Source: Alkanindiges illinoisensis DSM 15370
GTDB taxonomy: Bacteria; Pseudomonadota; Gammaproteobacteria; Pseudomonadales; Moraxellaceae
Assembly: GCF_000619845.1 (NCBI RefSeq)
Contig: NZ_JHUX01000008.1
Location: 120,001-152,000, forward strand
Direction: 5' to 3'
Length of the DNA: 32,000 nt
The notes below the pieces were generated by a model. The model did no database searches, was not told the DNA's origin, and saw only the letters and a program-made list of their open reading frames with translations. Shown here one piece after another: positions 17,006 through 25,017 of this stretch (positions are counted from its first letter, which is position 1; each line of letters begins with the position of its first letter). The position numbers and the translations under genes were made by a program.

Positions 17006-18118
17006 ATGTATAAAAAAACCGTTATTAAAAAAGCAGGGATTCAAAAAACGGTTTGCGCTTTAGTTCTTATACCCTGCATGGCCTATGCAGCAACAGGCAC
17101 AAATACAAACTCTGGAAAAGGCATTCATTTTTCTCATCAGGATTGGGAAGTGGTTTGTGATAACACCCGGACTTGCCGTGCAGCAGGCTATCAGGCCGAT
17201 GATGGTGACAGTTTTCCAGTATCAGTTTTATTTACCCGTAAAGCTGGGGCAGGCCAAAATATTGATGGACAGCTCAAGCTGGGCACCACGGATTATGTAG
17301 AAGGCCAGCCGACCCCTCAAGCTGTTCAGTTATTTATCAATAACACCAGCTATAGCAAGGTTTTATTAAATGGCGAGGGGCTGGATGGTCATTTGTCGAG
17401 TGTACAAACGCAGGCATTGGTTGCCGCACTGGCAGGCCATACCGTGATTCAGTTTAAATCGGGGCAGGATACATGGAGTCTGTCCGGGCAGGGTGCCGCT
17501 GCGGTATTGCTTAAAATGGATGATGTGCAGGGACGTGTTGGCACCACCAGCGCCGTATTGCGAAAAGGTAAAAAAACTGAGGCCAGCGTGCTGCCTGCAT
17601 TGCCAATGTCAGTGGTGAACTGGATAAAACCCGTTGAAAGTCCTGCTTTAAAGCGTCTGGCAAAATCTGTGGATCTGCTTCAGCTTAAAAAAGAAATGCT
17701 GGCGCACACCCCAAAAACAGATGACAACTATTGCCCGGTCATCAATGGCGAAGATGACTCTGCAAAATTTGAACTGGATATTCAGCCTTTAACTAGCCAT
17801 AAGCTGCTAGCTAGCGGATTGTGCTGGCGAGGGGCATACAATGAAGGCTATGGCTACTGGGTAATTAATGCACAAAAGCCTTATCAGCCCAAACTGGTGA
17901 CAACGGGTGCTTCTGATTATGCCGATGGGATGATTAGCGCGGCGCAAAAAGGCCGTGGCTTGGGAGATTGCTGGTCACATGAAGCATGGACATGGAACGG
18001 GCAGCAGTTTATTCAAACCGATGATTCCACCACAGGCATGTGCCGCATGGTTGAGCTGGGTGGGGCATGGGATTTACCAACCCGGGTAGCTATAGTGAAG
18101 AAAGCAAGCATCAAATAA
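17006..18118 (+). CDS. Secreted Cys-containing protein, tentatively DUF1176/YpfG-like
   Basis: Signal peptide MYKKTVIKKAGIQKTVCALVLIPCMAYA. Conserved-looking WEVVCDNTRTCRAAGY. I chose the ATG at 17006; the track ORF begins at the TTG at 16928. The family call is from memory. Confidence 0.6.
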   Translation: MYKKTVIKKAGIQKTVCALVLIPCMAYAATGTNTNSGKGIHFSHQDWEVVCDNTRTCRAAGYQADDGDSFPVSVLFTRKAGAGQNIDGQLKLGTTDYVEGQPTPQAVQLFINNTSYSKVLLNGEGLDGHLSSVQTQALVAALAGHTVIQFKSGQDTWSLSGQGAAAVLLKMDDVQGRVGTTSAVLRKGKKTEASVLPALPMSVVNWIKPVESPALKRLAKSVDLLQLKKEMLAHTPKTDDNYCPVINGEDDSAKFELDIQPLTSHKLLASGLCWRGAYNEGYGYWVINAQKPYQPKLVTTGASDYADGMISAAQKGRGLGDCWSHEAWTWNGQQFIQTDDSTTGMCRMVELGGAWDLPTRVAIVKKASIK

Positions 18119-18185
18119 TCACGGGTTAAATAATTACGCGTTAAATAATCAGACAGCAATTTTCTAATGACAGGAATAAAAAATA

Positions 18186-18512
18186 ATGACAGAAAACCCG
18201 GATGCGCAGGTGGTTGCGGCTTTAAAAGAGGCTGGTTCAGATATTAGCAAACCGCATCAGGTTGAATTTGTTTTTGATGTAGCTGAGACATCGGTCGATG
18301 GTTTGGCCAGTGCGCTGGAAGTACTGGAGCTGGATATCTGTATTTATGCTCCAGTGCCAGATAATCATACTGAACAAGCTTTTGAAGTGGTGGCGCATAA
18401 AACCATGCTGCTGGATGTTGCCGAACTCAACCATTTGAGTGCGCAATTTGAAGCGATTGCCGCCCAGCATCAAGCCAGTTACAACGGCTGGGGTGCTGAG
18501 ATCGTTGATTAG
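18186..18512 (+). CDS. RraB-family protein (regulator of RNase E activity B-like)
   Basis: Small acidic protein. EAGSD.SKPH.VEF and the C-terminal Y.GWG motif parallel E. coli RraB (DGSDPDALYTIEHH ... YDGWGT) as recalled. Confidence 0.6.
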   Translation: MTENPDAQVVAALKEAGSDISKPHQVEFVFDVAETSVDGLASALEVLELDICIYAPVPDNHTEQAFEVVAHKTMLLDVAELNHLSAQFEAIAAQHQASYNGWGAEIVD

Positions 18513-18589
18513 CATGAGCATAGCGATAGATAGGCACTTCAAGCATAAACACATGAAAGAAATGCCTATAACCCCCGATTTAATGCCGT

Positions 18590-18595
18590 TATAAT
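18590..18595 (+). promoter_or_regulatory. Perfect -10 hexamer TATAAT upstream of prpF
   Basis: TATAAT lies 33 nt upstream of the prpF ATG, embedded in GCCGTTATAATAGCGGC. There is no good -35. Confidence 0.3.
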
Positions 18596-18628
18596 AGCGG
18601 CAAATTTTAACAACGCACTGGAACTAAA

Positions 18629-19822
18629 ATGACTGCCGCCCAAAGCTACGCGCCACAAGTTAAAATCCCGGCCACCTATATGCGTGGTGGCACCAGTAAA
18701 GGGGTGTTCTTCCGTTTGCAGGATTTACCAGAAGCAGCACAAGTGCCCGGGACTGCGCGTGACAAGCTGTTTATGCGTGTGATTGGCAGTCCTGATGCGT
18801 ATGGCGCCCACATTGATGGCATGGGTGGCGCAACGTCCAGCACCAGCAAGTGCGTGATTTTGTGCAAAAGCAGCCAGCCAGATCATGATGTTGATTACCT
18901 ATATGGTCAGGTATCCATTGACAAGGCCTTTGTGGACTGGAGTGGTAACTGCGGTAATTTGTCCACCGGGGCAGGTGCCTTTGCGCTACATGCCGGGCTG
19001 GTAGACCCAAGCCGCATTCCCCAAAATGGCGTGTGCGAAGTGCGTATCTGGCAGGCCAACATTGGCAAAACCATTATTGCGCACGTGCCCGTGACTAATG
19101 GCGAAGTGCAGGAAACTGGGGATTTTGAGCTGGACGGCGTGACGTTTCCAGCCGCAGAAATTGTGCTGGAATTCATGAATCCATCCGAAGACGGCGAAGG
19201 TTCCATGTTTCCTACCGGCAATCTGGTGGATGAACTAGAGGTTGAAGGTTTAGGGAACCTAAAAGCCACCATGATTAGTGCGGGCATTCCTACCGTATTT
19301 GTTAATGCAGAAGACATTGGGTATACAGGCACTGAACTGCGTGAAACCATTAATACCGACCCTGCGGCGCTGGCCAAATTTGAAGCCATTCGTATTGCCG
19401 GGGCGCTGCGCATGGGCCTGATTAAAGACCCAAGCGAGGCTGCCACGCGTCAGCACACCCCAAAAATTGCCTTTGTGGCCAAGCCAAAGGATTATGTGGC
19501 TTCTAGCGGCAAAGAGATTAAAGCTGATAACGTTGACCTATTGGTACGTGCGTTGTCCATGGGCAAGCTGCACCATGCCATGATGGGCACGGCAGCGGTG
19601 GCGATTGGTACAGCCGCAGCTATTCCGGGCACGCTGGTGAATCTGGCAGCAGGTGGCGGCGAACGACAGGCGGTGCGGTTTGGCCATCCTTCCGGTACAT
19701 TGCGCGTGGGTGCAGAGGCCATACAGGTTAACGGCGAGTGGACAGTCACCAAGGCCATTATGAGCCGCAGTGCACGGATTTTAATGGAAGGCTGGGTGCG
19801 TGTGCCGGGTGATTCCTTTTAA
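18629..19822 (+). CDS. prpF: 2-methylaconitate cis-trans isomerase PrpF (AcnD accessory protein)
   Basis: ATYMRGGTSKGVFFRLQDLPEAAQVPG, IDGMGGATSSTSK, DWSGNCGNL and RIWQANIGKTIIAHVP closely follow Shewanella/Acinetobacter PrpF as recalled. Confidence 0.9.
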   Translation: MTAAQSYAPQVKIPATYMRGGTSKGVFFRLQDLPEAAQVPGTARDKLFMRVIGSPDAYGAHIDGMGGATSSTSKCVILCKSSQPDHDVDYLYGQVSIDKAFVDWSGNCGNLSTGAGAFALHAGLVDPSRIPQNGVCEVRIWQANIGKTIIAHVPVTNGEVQETGDFELDGVTFPAAEIVLEFMNPSEDGEGSMFPTGNLVDELEVEGLGNLKATMISAGIPTVFVNAEDIGYTGTELRETINTDPAALAKFEAIRIAGALRMGLIKDPSEAATRQHTPKIAFVAKPKDYVASSGKEIKADNVDLLVRALSMGKLHHAMMGTAAVAIGTAAAIPGTLVNLAAGGGERQAVRFGHPSGTLRVGAEAIQVNGEWTVTKAIMSRSARILMEGWVRVPGDSF

Positions 19823-19850
19823 CGCATTGCATTAACAAAACTTTATGAAC

Positions 19851-19878
19851 ACCAGCGCATTGGCAGCAGTGCGCTGGT
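19851..19878 (+). terminator. Stem-loop after prpF (possible terminator, weak U-tract)
   Basis: 9-bp stem ACCAGCGCA/TGCGCTGGT with a 10-nt loop, followed by AAATAAA rather than a T-tract. Confidence 0.4.
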
Positions 19879-19915
19879 AAATAAACCAGTGATTACAACA
19901 ATGTGAATTAAAATA

Positions 19916-20233
19916 ATGTCTGCAAAAATTTTATTGTCTTTCAGCTTGCTGTTAAGCACGATGAGTATTCCAGCCTTTGCCAGTCCGGTTAATGCAGCCA
20001 GCAAGAATACGCTGCCTAAAGAGGCTCAGCAATTTCTGAATCGCTATGAATTGTGTGGACATTTTGCCGGTGAGTTTAATGGGGATCGTTCCGAACGCGA
20101 TGCCGAGCTGAACCGTGAAATGGAAAAATTACGTTGTGGCAGCATGGATAACGAAGAAAAAGCCTTTCGTCAAAAATATGCCCATAACAAAAAAGTCATG
20201 GCCGCCCTGATTCAGCTTGATGCGCCTTATTAA
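19916..20233 (+). CDS. Small secreted/periplasmic hypothetical protein
   Basis: Signal peptide MSAKILLSFSLLLSTMSIPAFA. Two Cys and a charged helical remainder. No family recognised. Confidence 0.6.
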   Translation: MSAKILLSFSLLLSTMSIPAFASPVNAASKNTLPKEAQQFLNRYELCGHFAGEFNGDRSERDAELNREMEKLRCGSMDNEEKAFRQKYAHNKKVMAALIQLDAPY

Positions 20234-20273
20234 TAACAGCAACGCAATGCTGAACATGGCGTAAGTATCTCAC

Positions 20274-20771
20274 ATGCCTTTTACTCCCATTCATTTCGGT
20301 GCAGGTCTGGCAGCCAAAGCTATCGGACAAAGACAATTTAGCCTGATGATTTTTGCGGGTTCACAGGTGCTCATGGATATTGAGCCATTGCTGGGCATCA
20401 TTTATGGCTGGCCAGTGCTGCATAGGATAAGCCATACTTTGGGTGGCGCACTGCTAGTTGGTACGATTGCAGCATTGATTGGCAAACCTGTCAGTCAGTG
20501 GATGCTACGTTGTTTCAGGTATGATCAATGGTCAATCACATGGCAGGTTAGCTTTATCAGTGCCTATGTTGGCACGTTTTCCCATATTGCCCTTGATGCC
20601 ATTATGCACAGTGATATGAATCCCTTTTGGCCCTTGCTGCGTGGTAATCCATGGCTGGGAATCATCACCATAAACCAGTTGCATTTGCTTTGCCTGGTCT
20701 TGGGGATGATTGGTGGGATAATGATTGCTGTGCAAAAATATCGGCAAAAGTCAGCAGTCAAATCAGCATGA
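20274..20771 (+). CDS. Membrane-bound metal-dependent hydrolase-like protein (YdjM/DUF457-DUF4184 type)
   Basis: Starts MPFTPIHFG. His-containing motifs HTLGGALLVG and SHIALDAIMHSDMNPFWP parallel E. coli YdjM (SHILADMLTPAGVPLLWP) as recalled. 4-5 TM. Confidence 0.55.
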   Translation: MPFTPIHFGAGLAAKAIGQRQFSLMIFAGSQVLMDIEPLLGIIYGWPVLHRISHTLGGALLVGTIAALIGKPVSQWMLRCFRYDQWSITWQVSFISAYVGTFSHIALDAIMHSDMNPFWPLLRGNPWLGIITINQLHLLCLVLGMIGGIMIAVQKYRQKSAVKSA

Positions 20772-21109
20772 ATATAACCAAAGAACCAAATACCAGGCAA
20801 CCAACGATTCAACAGGATATTTTTCAGGTGGTTGCCCTGATTCCCTATGGCAAGGTTGCCACGTATGGACAGGTTGCTGCCTTGGCTGGTTATCCTCGCC
20901 ATGCACGGCTGGTGGGTTATGCCTTGAATCGTATACTGGCACCCGACAGCGATTTGCCCTGGCACCGGGTGATTAATGCGCAAGGTCGTTTAAGCCTGCA
21001 TAAACTTGATATCCATGCTGAGGAGCTGCAACGGTTTAAACTCGAACAGGAAGGTGTGGTATTTGCAGAGGGGCGAGTTAATCTTAAAACTTTTCAATGG
21101 CAACCTTAG
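20768..21109 (+). CDS. atl: Alkyltransferase-like protein (ATL; MGMT fold without catalytic Cys)
   Basis: VVALIPYGKVATYGQVAALAG.PRHAR.VG and LPWHRVIN (Trp in place of the PCHRV Cys), as in E. coli YbaZ/Atl. The ATG at 20768 overlaps the upstream stop (ATGA). Confidence 0.85.
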   Translation: MNITKEPNTRQPTIQQDIFQVVALIPYGKVATYGQVAALAGYPRHARLVGYALNRILAPDSDLPWHRVINAQGRLSLHKLDIHAEELQRFKLEQEGVVFAEGRVNLKTFQWQP

Positions 21110-21130
21110 CCAATTGGGTTTAAGTCTGGT

Positions 21131-21670
21131 ATGCCTATTTCTCTTGATCCCGCTTTTACATTAGTTCGTTGCCAGTTTGAGCAACATGGCCAACCCATTC
21201 TGGTCATTTTTAACCACGCCATTTTGCACACGCTGTCACTGTATGAGTATCAGCCACGCAGCCTGCATGACATCAGGTTATGGTTTGACTTTAAGGCCAA
21301 AGCGGGTTTTCCGGTGCTGGGATTGGTAGATAATAATGGGCAGTTGCTGGGCTTTGCTTCTTATGGCCCGTTTCGGCCACAGGCGGCTTTTGTCCATACT
21401 ATCGAACATTCGATTTATATCCGGCCAGATCAGCAGGGCAAAGGGCTAGGCAACATTCTATTGCAAGCCATTATTGATGAAGCCAGTCGCCAGCAGTTTC
21501 ATAGTATGGTGGCCGCCATTGACAGCAGTAATATTGCCAGTATTGCGCTACACCAGAAATTTGGCTTTCAACACACGGGCACTATTTATCAGGCTGCTTA
21601 CAAGTTTGAGCGCTGGCTGGATTTAGTGTTTTACCAGCTTCTGCTACCCAGTGCTGAGTTAGACCCATAA
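21131..21670 (+). CDS. GNAT N-acetyltransferase, phosphinothricin/methionine-sulfoximine acetyltransferase-like (PAT/YncA type)
   Basis: IYIRPDQQGKGLGNILLQAIIDEA acetyl-CoA motif, HSMVAAI...N..SI.LH.KFGF and KF.RWLDLVFYQ. Confidence 0.8.
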   Translation: MPISLDPAFTLVRCQFEQHGQPILVIFNHAILHTLSLYEYQPRSLHDIRLWFDFKAKAGFPVLGLVDNNGQLLGFASYGPFRPQAAFVHTIEHSIYIRPDQQGKGLGNILLQAIIDEASRQQFHSMVAAIDSSNIASIALHQKFGFQHTGTIYQAAYKFERWLDLVFYQLLLPSAELDP

Positions 21671-21891
21671 CTGTTCTAACAGCATGCGTTGATTCGCAAT
21701 GAATCAGTCATGGCCTGACAAATTTGCAAGTTTGATACACATTACGACTAGTGATTCATAGGGGTGCAACCTATGGTCAGTAGGCTGGCTTTGTTATGAT
21801 TTGCGGGATTAAGACAATTTTAGTGAAGTGAAAATATCAACCTTTCCTGCAAATCCAGCAGTGACTAACTCAAAACAAATGGAATAAACCC

Positions 21892-22482
21892 ATGACAATG
21901 ATCTCCGCTGCGGTCTTGTTATTTCTGGTCATGGACCCGCTGGGTAATGTGCCCATGTTTATTTCAGCCCTAAAAAATGTGGCCGCAGAACGCCAGAATA
22001 CCGTGATTGTGCGCGAGCTGCTGATTGCACTGCTATTGCTGGTGATTTTTTTGTTTGCAGGCCAGTACTTGCTCAGCTGGTTTCATATTACCGACCCGGC
22101 TTTAACAGTATCCGGTGGCGTCATTCTATTTTTAATTGCCATTCGCATGGTGTTTCCATCGCATGAAAAACCCTTACAGGAAGGCATTGACGGTGAACCG
22201 TTTATCGTGCCGCTGGCCGTCCCTTATGTGGTAGGGCCGTCTGCCATTGCCACGGTCATGTTAATGATGACCCGCAACCCGGAACGCTGGCCCGAATGGT
22301 TAATGGCGGTGTTTCTGGCATGGCTGGCCTCCAGCCTGATCCTGTTTTTTGCCACCAAGCTCAAGCGTTTTTTAAGCCAGCGTGTGCTGATTGCCATTGA
22401 GCGCCTGATGGGCATGCTGCTGATTACCTTAGCCGTGCAAATGCTGATGACCGGGATTCATCAGTTTATGCACACTACTTAG
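21892..22482 (+). CDS. MarC/UPF0056 family inner-membrane protein
   Basis: N-terminal FLVMDPLGNVPMFIS motif, 6 TM, about 196 aa, typical of the MarC/YhgN family. Confidence 0.85.
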   Translation: MTMISAAVLLFLVMDPLGNVPMFISALKNVAAERQNTVIVRELLIALLLLVIFLFAGQYLLSWFHITDPALTVSGGVILFLIAIRMVFPSHEKPLQEGIDGEPFIVPLAVPYVVGPSAIATVMLMMTRNPERWPEWLMAVFLAWLASSLILFFATKLKRFLSQRVLIAIERLMGMLLITLAVQMLMTGIHQFMHTT

Positions 22483-22520
22483 GCAGACAGATACCGTTAC
22501 GTTTCAAGAGGCAAACCGCC

Positions 22521-22676
22521 TTAATGCCACTGCTGGTCAAGTGTATGCAGTGCTTTGACAATGGCGTGGATTTCAGTGGCTTTGTGCTGATCTTCCAGTG
22601 ACAAAACCAGCCGGGCAGGTAACTGCATTTGCTGTAAATACTGGGCAATTTCGGTTTTCAGGCGCAGGTCTTTCAT
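22521..22676 (-). CDS. Candidate small protein (51 aa), not in the ORF track
   Basis: My own translation: MKDLRLKTEIAQYLQQMQLPARLVLSLEDQHKATEIHAIVKALHTLDQQWH. ATG at 22676, TAA at 22521-22523, weak SD GAGAA, TATAAT-type hexamer upstream. Confidence 0.3.
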   Translation of the reverse strand: MKDLRLKTEIAQYLQQMQLPARLVLSLEDQHKATEIHAIVKALHTLDQQWH

Positions 22677-22913
22677 GGCATTTCTCGTTCTGCTATTGAG
22701 ATGACCTTCAGCATAGGTAAAATTATAATATTGGTAAAACAGTCTATTTTTATAAAATAAATCGTTTTTACAGATTTTAATTTATGCTAAGAAACCTGAT
22801 CAGACTGCTTTCATAGGTTACCAACCTTGCCTTCGACCACTGCGGCAAGCTCAGGAAACGTGTTGAAACTGCACGGTGCAAAGCGTTTTATTCACTATCG
22901 TTTTTAGATGTAG

Positions 22914-22949
22914 CCCAAAATAAAATGGGCAATGTTGCAGACACTGCCC
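22914..22949 (-). terminator. Rho-independent terminator of the acyl-CoA synthetase gene
   Basis: On the minus strand, GGGCAGTG/CATTGCCC (one G-U pair, which would be A-C on the plus strand) with a 7-nt loop, followed by ATTTTATTTT. Confidence 0.7.
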
Positions 22950-22968
22950 TGTGGTAAAACCGCTAGAT

Positions 22969-24636
22969 TTAAGCCGAAGTTTTGCCCTGTTTCAGCCAGT
23001 CACGCAATACAAATTTTTGCAGCTTGCCGGTAGAGGTTTTTGGAATCTCAGTCACAATGATGTCCTTAGGCACCTTGAATTTGGCCAGATGTTGCTTGCA
23101 ATGCGCCAGCAATTCATCTGTGCTAGTGTGTTCATGGCCTTTTTTGAGTTCAACAAAGGCACAAGGGACTTCCTGCCATTTATCATCCGGCTTGGCCACC
23201 ACCGCAGCGGTTAAAACAGCCGGATGGCGATACAGCGCTTCTTCCACTTCCAGCGAGGAAATATTTTCACCACCGGAAATAATCACATCCTTGGAACGGT
23301 CTGTAATCTTGGCATAGCCATCACTGTGCGCCACCGCCAGATCACCACTATGAAACCAGCCCCCGGCAAAAGCATCTTGGGTTGCTTGCGGATTTTTCAG
23401 GTAACCTTTCATCACAATATTGCCGCGAAACATGATTTCGCCCAGAGTTTGTCCGTCATTGGGCACAGGTTGCATGGTTTGTGGGTCAAGTACGCGCATG
23501 GCATCCTGCAAATGATAGGGCACGCCCTGGCGGCTGTTACGCTCGGCCTGGCCCGCAATATCCAGTGTTTCCCAGTCATCCTGCTTGGCACATAATGCTG
23601 CCGGGCCATAGGTTTCAGTCAGGCCATAGGTATGGGTAATGTTAAAGCCCAGACGTGCCATACCTTCAATAATAGCGGCTGGCGGCGCAGCGCCGGCCAC
23701 CATGGCTTGTACCTGATGACTCACGGGCACACGTTCATGTTCCGGCGTATTAATCAGCATGCTATGCACAATCGGCGCACCACAGAAATAGCCAACCTTG
23801 TGGCGGGCAATCAGCTCAAAAATCTTCACTGGCTCAACCTTGCGCAGGCACACACTGGTTCCGGCATTGGCTGCCATGCTCCATGGAAAGCACCAGCCAT
23901 TACAGTGAAACAGCGGCAGTGTCCACAAATAAGTGGAATGCGGTGGCATGCCCCATGCCAGCAGGTTGCTGGCTGCATTCAGGTAAGCACCGCGGTGATG
24001 ATACACCACACCTTTGGGATTGCCCGTCGTGCCCGAGGTATAATTCAGGCTAATGGCATTCCATTCATCACTGGGCAATTGCCAGTCAAATTCGGCATTG
24101 CCTTGCGCAATCCAGTATTCATATTCAAAATTGCCAATCCGCTCATCCGCACCCTGCCATTCGCTGTCTGCCACATCAATTACTACGATGCTTTGCTCAG
24201 GGCTGTTCTGTGCAAGAGTGGCCTGCGCAAGCTGTGCCAGTGCTTCACGGGCAACGGGTGCAAATTCCGGGTCAACCAGCAACACCTTGCTTTCCGCATG
24301 TTGCAGGATAAAGGCAATGGTTTTGGCGTCCAGCCGCGTATTGATGGTATTAAGCACCGCGCCAGTCATGGGCACTGCAAAGTGCGCTTCAAGCATGGCT
24401 GGAACATTGGGCAGCAGGGTAGACACCGTATCATTTTTGCCAATACCCAGTTTTGTCAGCTGGTCGGCAAACTGGCGGCAACGTGCATAGGTTTGCTGCC
24501 AGCTTAAATGGCGTTCGCCATGAATAATTGCAGTGCGCGCTGGATAAATCATTGCAGTGCGCGCCAGATAACTTAAGGGTGATAGCGGCACAAAATTGGC
24601 AGGTGTACGGGGCAGTTCATCATAGGCGTGTGGCAT
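22969..24636 (-). CDS. AMP-forming acyl-CoA synthetase (medium-chain/ANL superfamily)
   Basis: AMP-binding motifs LNYTSGTTGNPKGV, THTYGLTETYG, WFHSGDLA and TSTGKLQKFVLR. 555 aa. Confidence 0.88.
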   Translation of the reverse strand: MPHAYDELPRTPANFVPLSPLSYLARTAMIYPARTAIIHGERHLSWQQTYARCRQFADQLTKLGIGKNDTVSTLLPNVPAMLEAHFAVPMTGAVLNTINTRLDAKTIAFILQHAESKVLLVDPEFAPVAREALAQLAQATLAQNSPEQSIVVIDVADSEWQGADERIGNFEYEYWIAQGNAEFDWQLPSDEWNAISLNYTSGTTGNPKGVVYHHRGAYLNAASNLLAWGMPPHSTYLWTLPLFHCNGWCFPWSMAANAGTSVCLRKVEPVKIFELIARHKVGYFCGAPIVHSMLINTPEHERVPVSHQVQAMVAGAAPPAAIIEGMARLGFNITHTYGLTETYGPAALCAKQDDWETLDIAGQAERNSRQGVPYHLQDAMRVLDPQTMQPVPNDGQTLGEIMFRGNIVMKGYLKNPQATQDAFAGGWFHSGDLAVAHSDGYAKITDRSKDVIISGGENISSLEVEEALYRHPAVLTAAVVAKPDDKWQEVPCAFVELKKGHEHTSTDELLAHCKQHLAKFKVPKDIIVTEIPKTSTGKLQKFVLRDWLKQGKTSA

Positions 24637-24878
24637 TTTTATTCTCGTCAGTTCAGTTTAATTTGATGATTGGCAAGTCCGGTTTGCATTAGTGGTTTGG
24701 CTCTCTGGTTTTGCAATTCCATGCTTTCAGTTTACTGGCATTTCAGATGGTACTTTCAGACAGCATGCAGGGATATAAATATGCCTAAAAACTGAAAAAA
24801 CGTCTGTAGGCCGTAGGTTGGCTAGCCATTGCCGTCAATAGTTGTTAAAGTGTGCGTTTTTTATGGCAAAGCCAGCCG

Positions 24879-24907
24879 TTGATGCCAGTTTAAGCTTGTC
24901 TGATAGT
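24879..24907 (+). promoter_or_regulatory. Candidate sigma70 promoter for thrS
   Basis: TTGATG (24879-24884), a 17-nt spacer, then GATAGT (24902-24907). Confidence 0.25.
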
Positions 24908-24972
24908 AGTCTATCCGGCAATTTAGCGTCAATTTGCATATTTTGGTTTGCCATCACATTTATCATCTCGCG

Positions 24973-25001
24973 GTGATATGCCCTTTGGTATAGGGCATCA
25001 C
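24973..25001 (+). promoter_or_regulatory. Putative ThrRS translational operator (tRNA-Thr anticodon-arm mimic)
   Basis: 7-bp stem ATGCCCT/AGGGCAT (24978-24984 / 24992-24998) enclosing the 7-nt loop UUGGUAU. It lies 20-40 nt upstream of the thrS ATG and immediately 5' of the SD AAGGA (25007-25011). Confidence 0.5.
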
Positions 25002-25017
25002 TCCTTAAGGATACATT

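Noticed and set aside
10728-18628. The idea that the whole 7.9-kb block between acnD and prpF is a mobile genomic island.
   Set aside because: No integrase or transposase, no tRNA target, and no flanking direct repeats that I could see. Most genes in the block (rluA, pcp, SDR, ada-like) have typical composition and housekeeping character. Only the first 1.3 kb is compositionally atypical, and that is reported separately.
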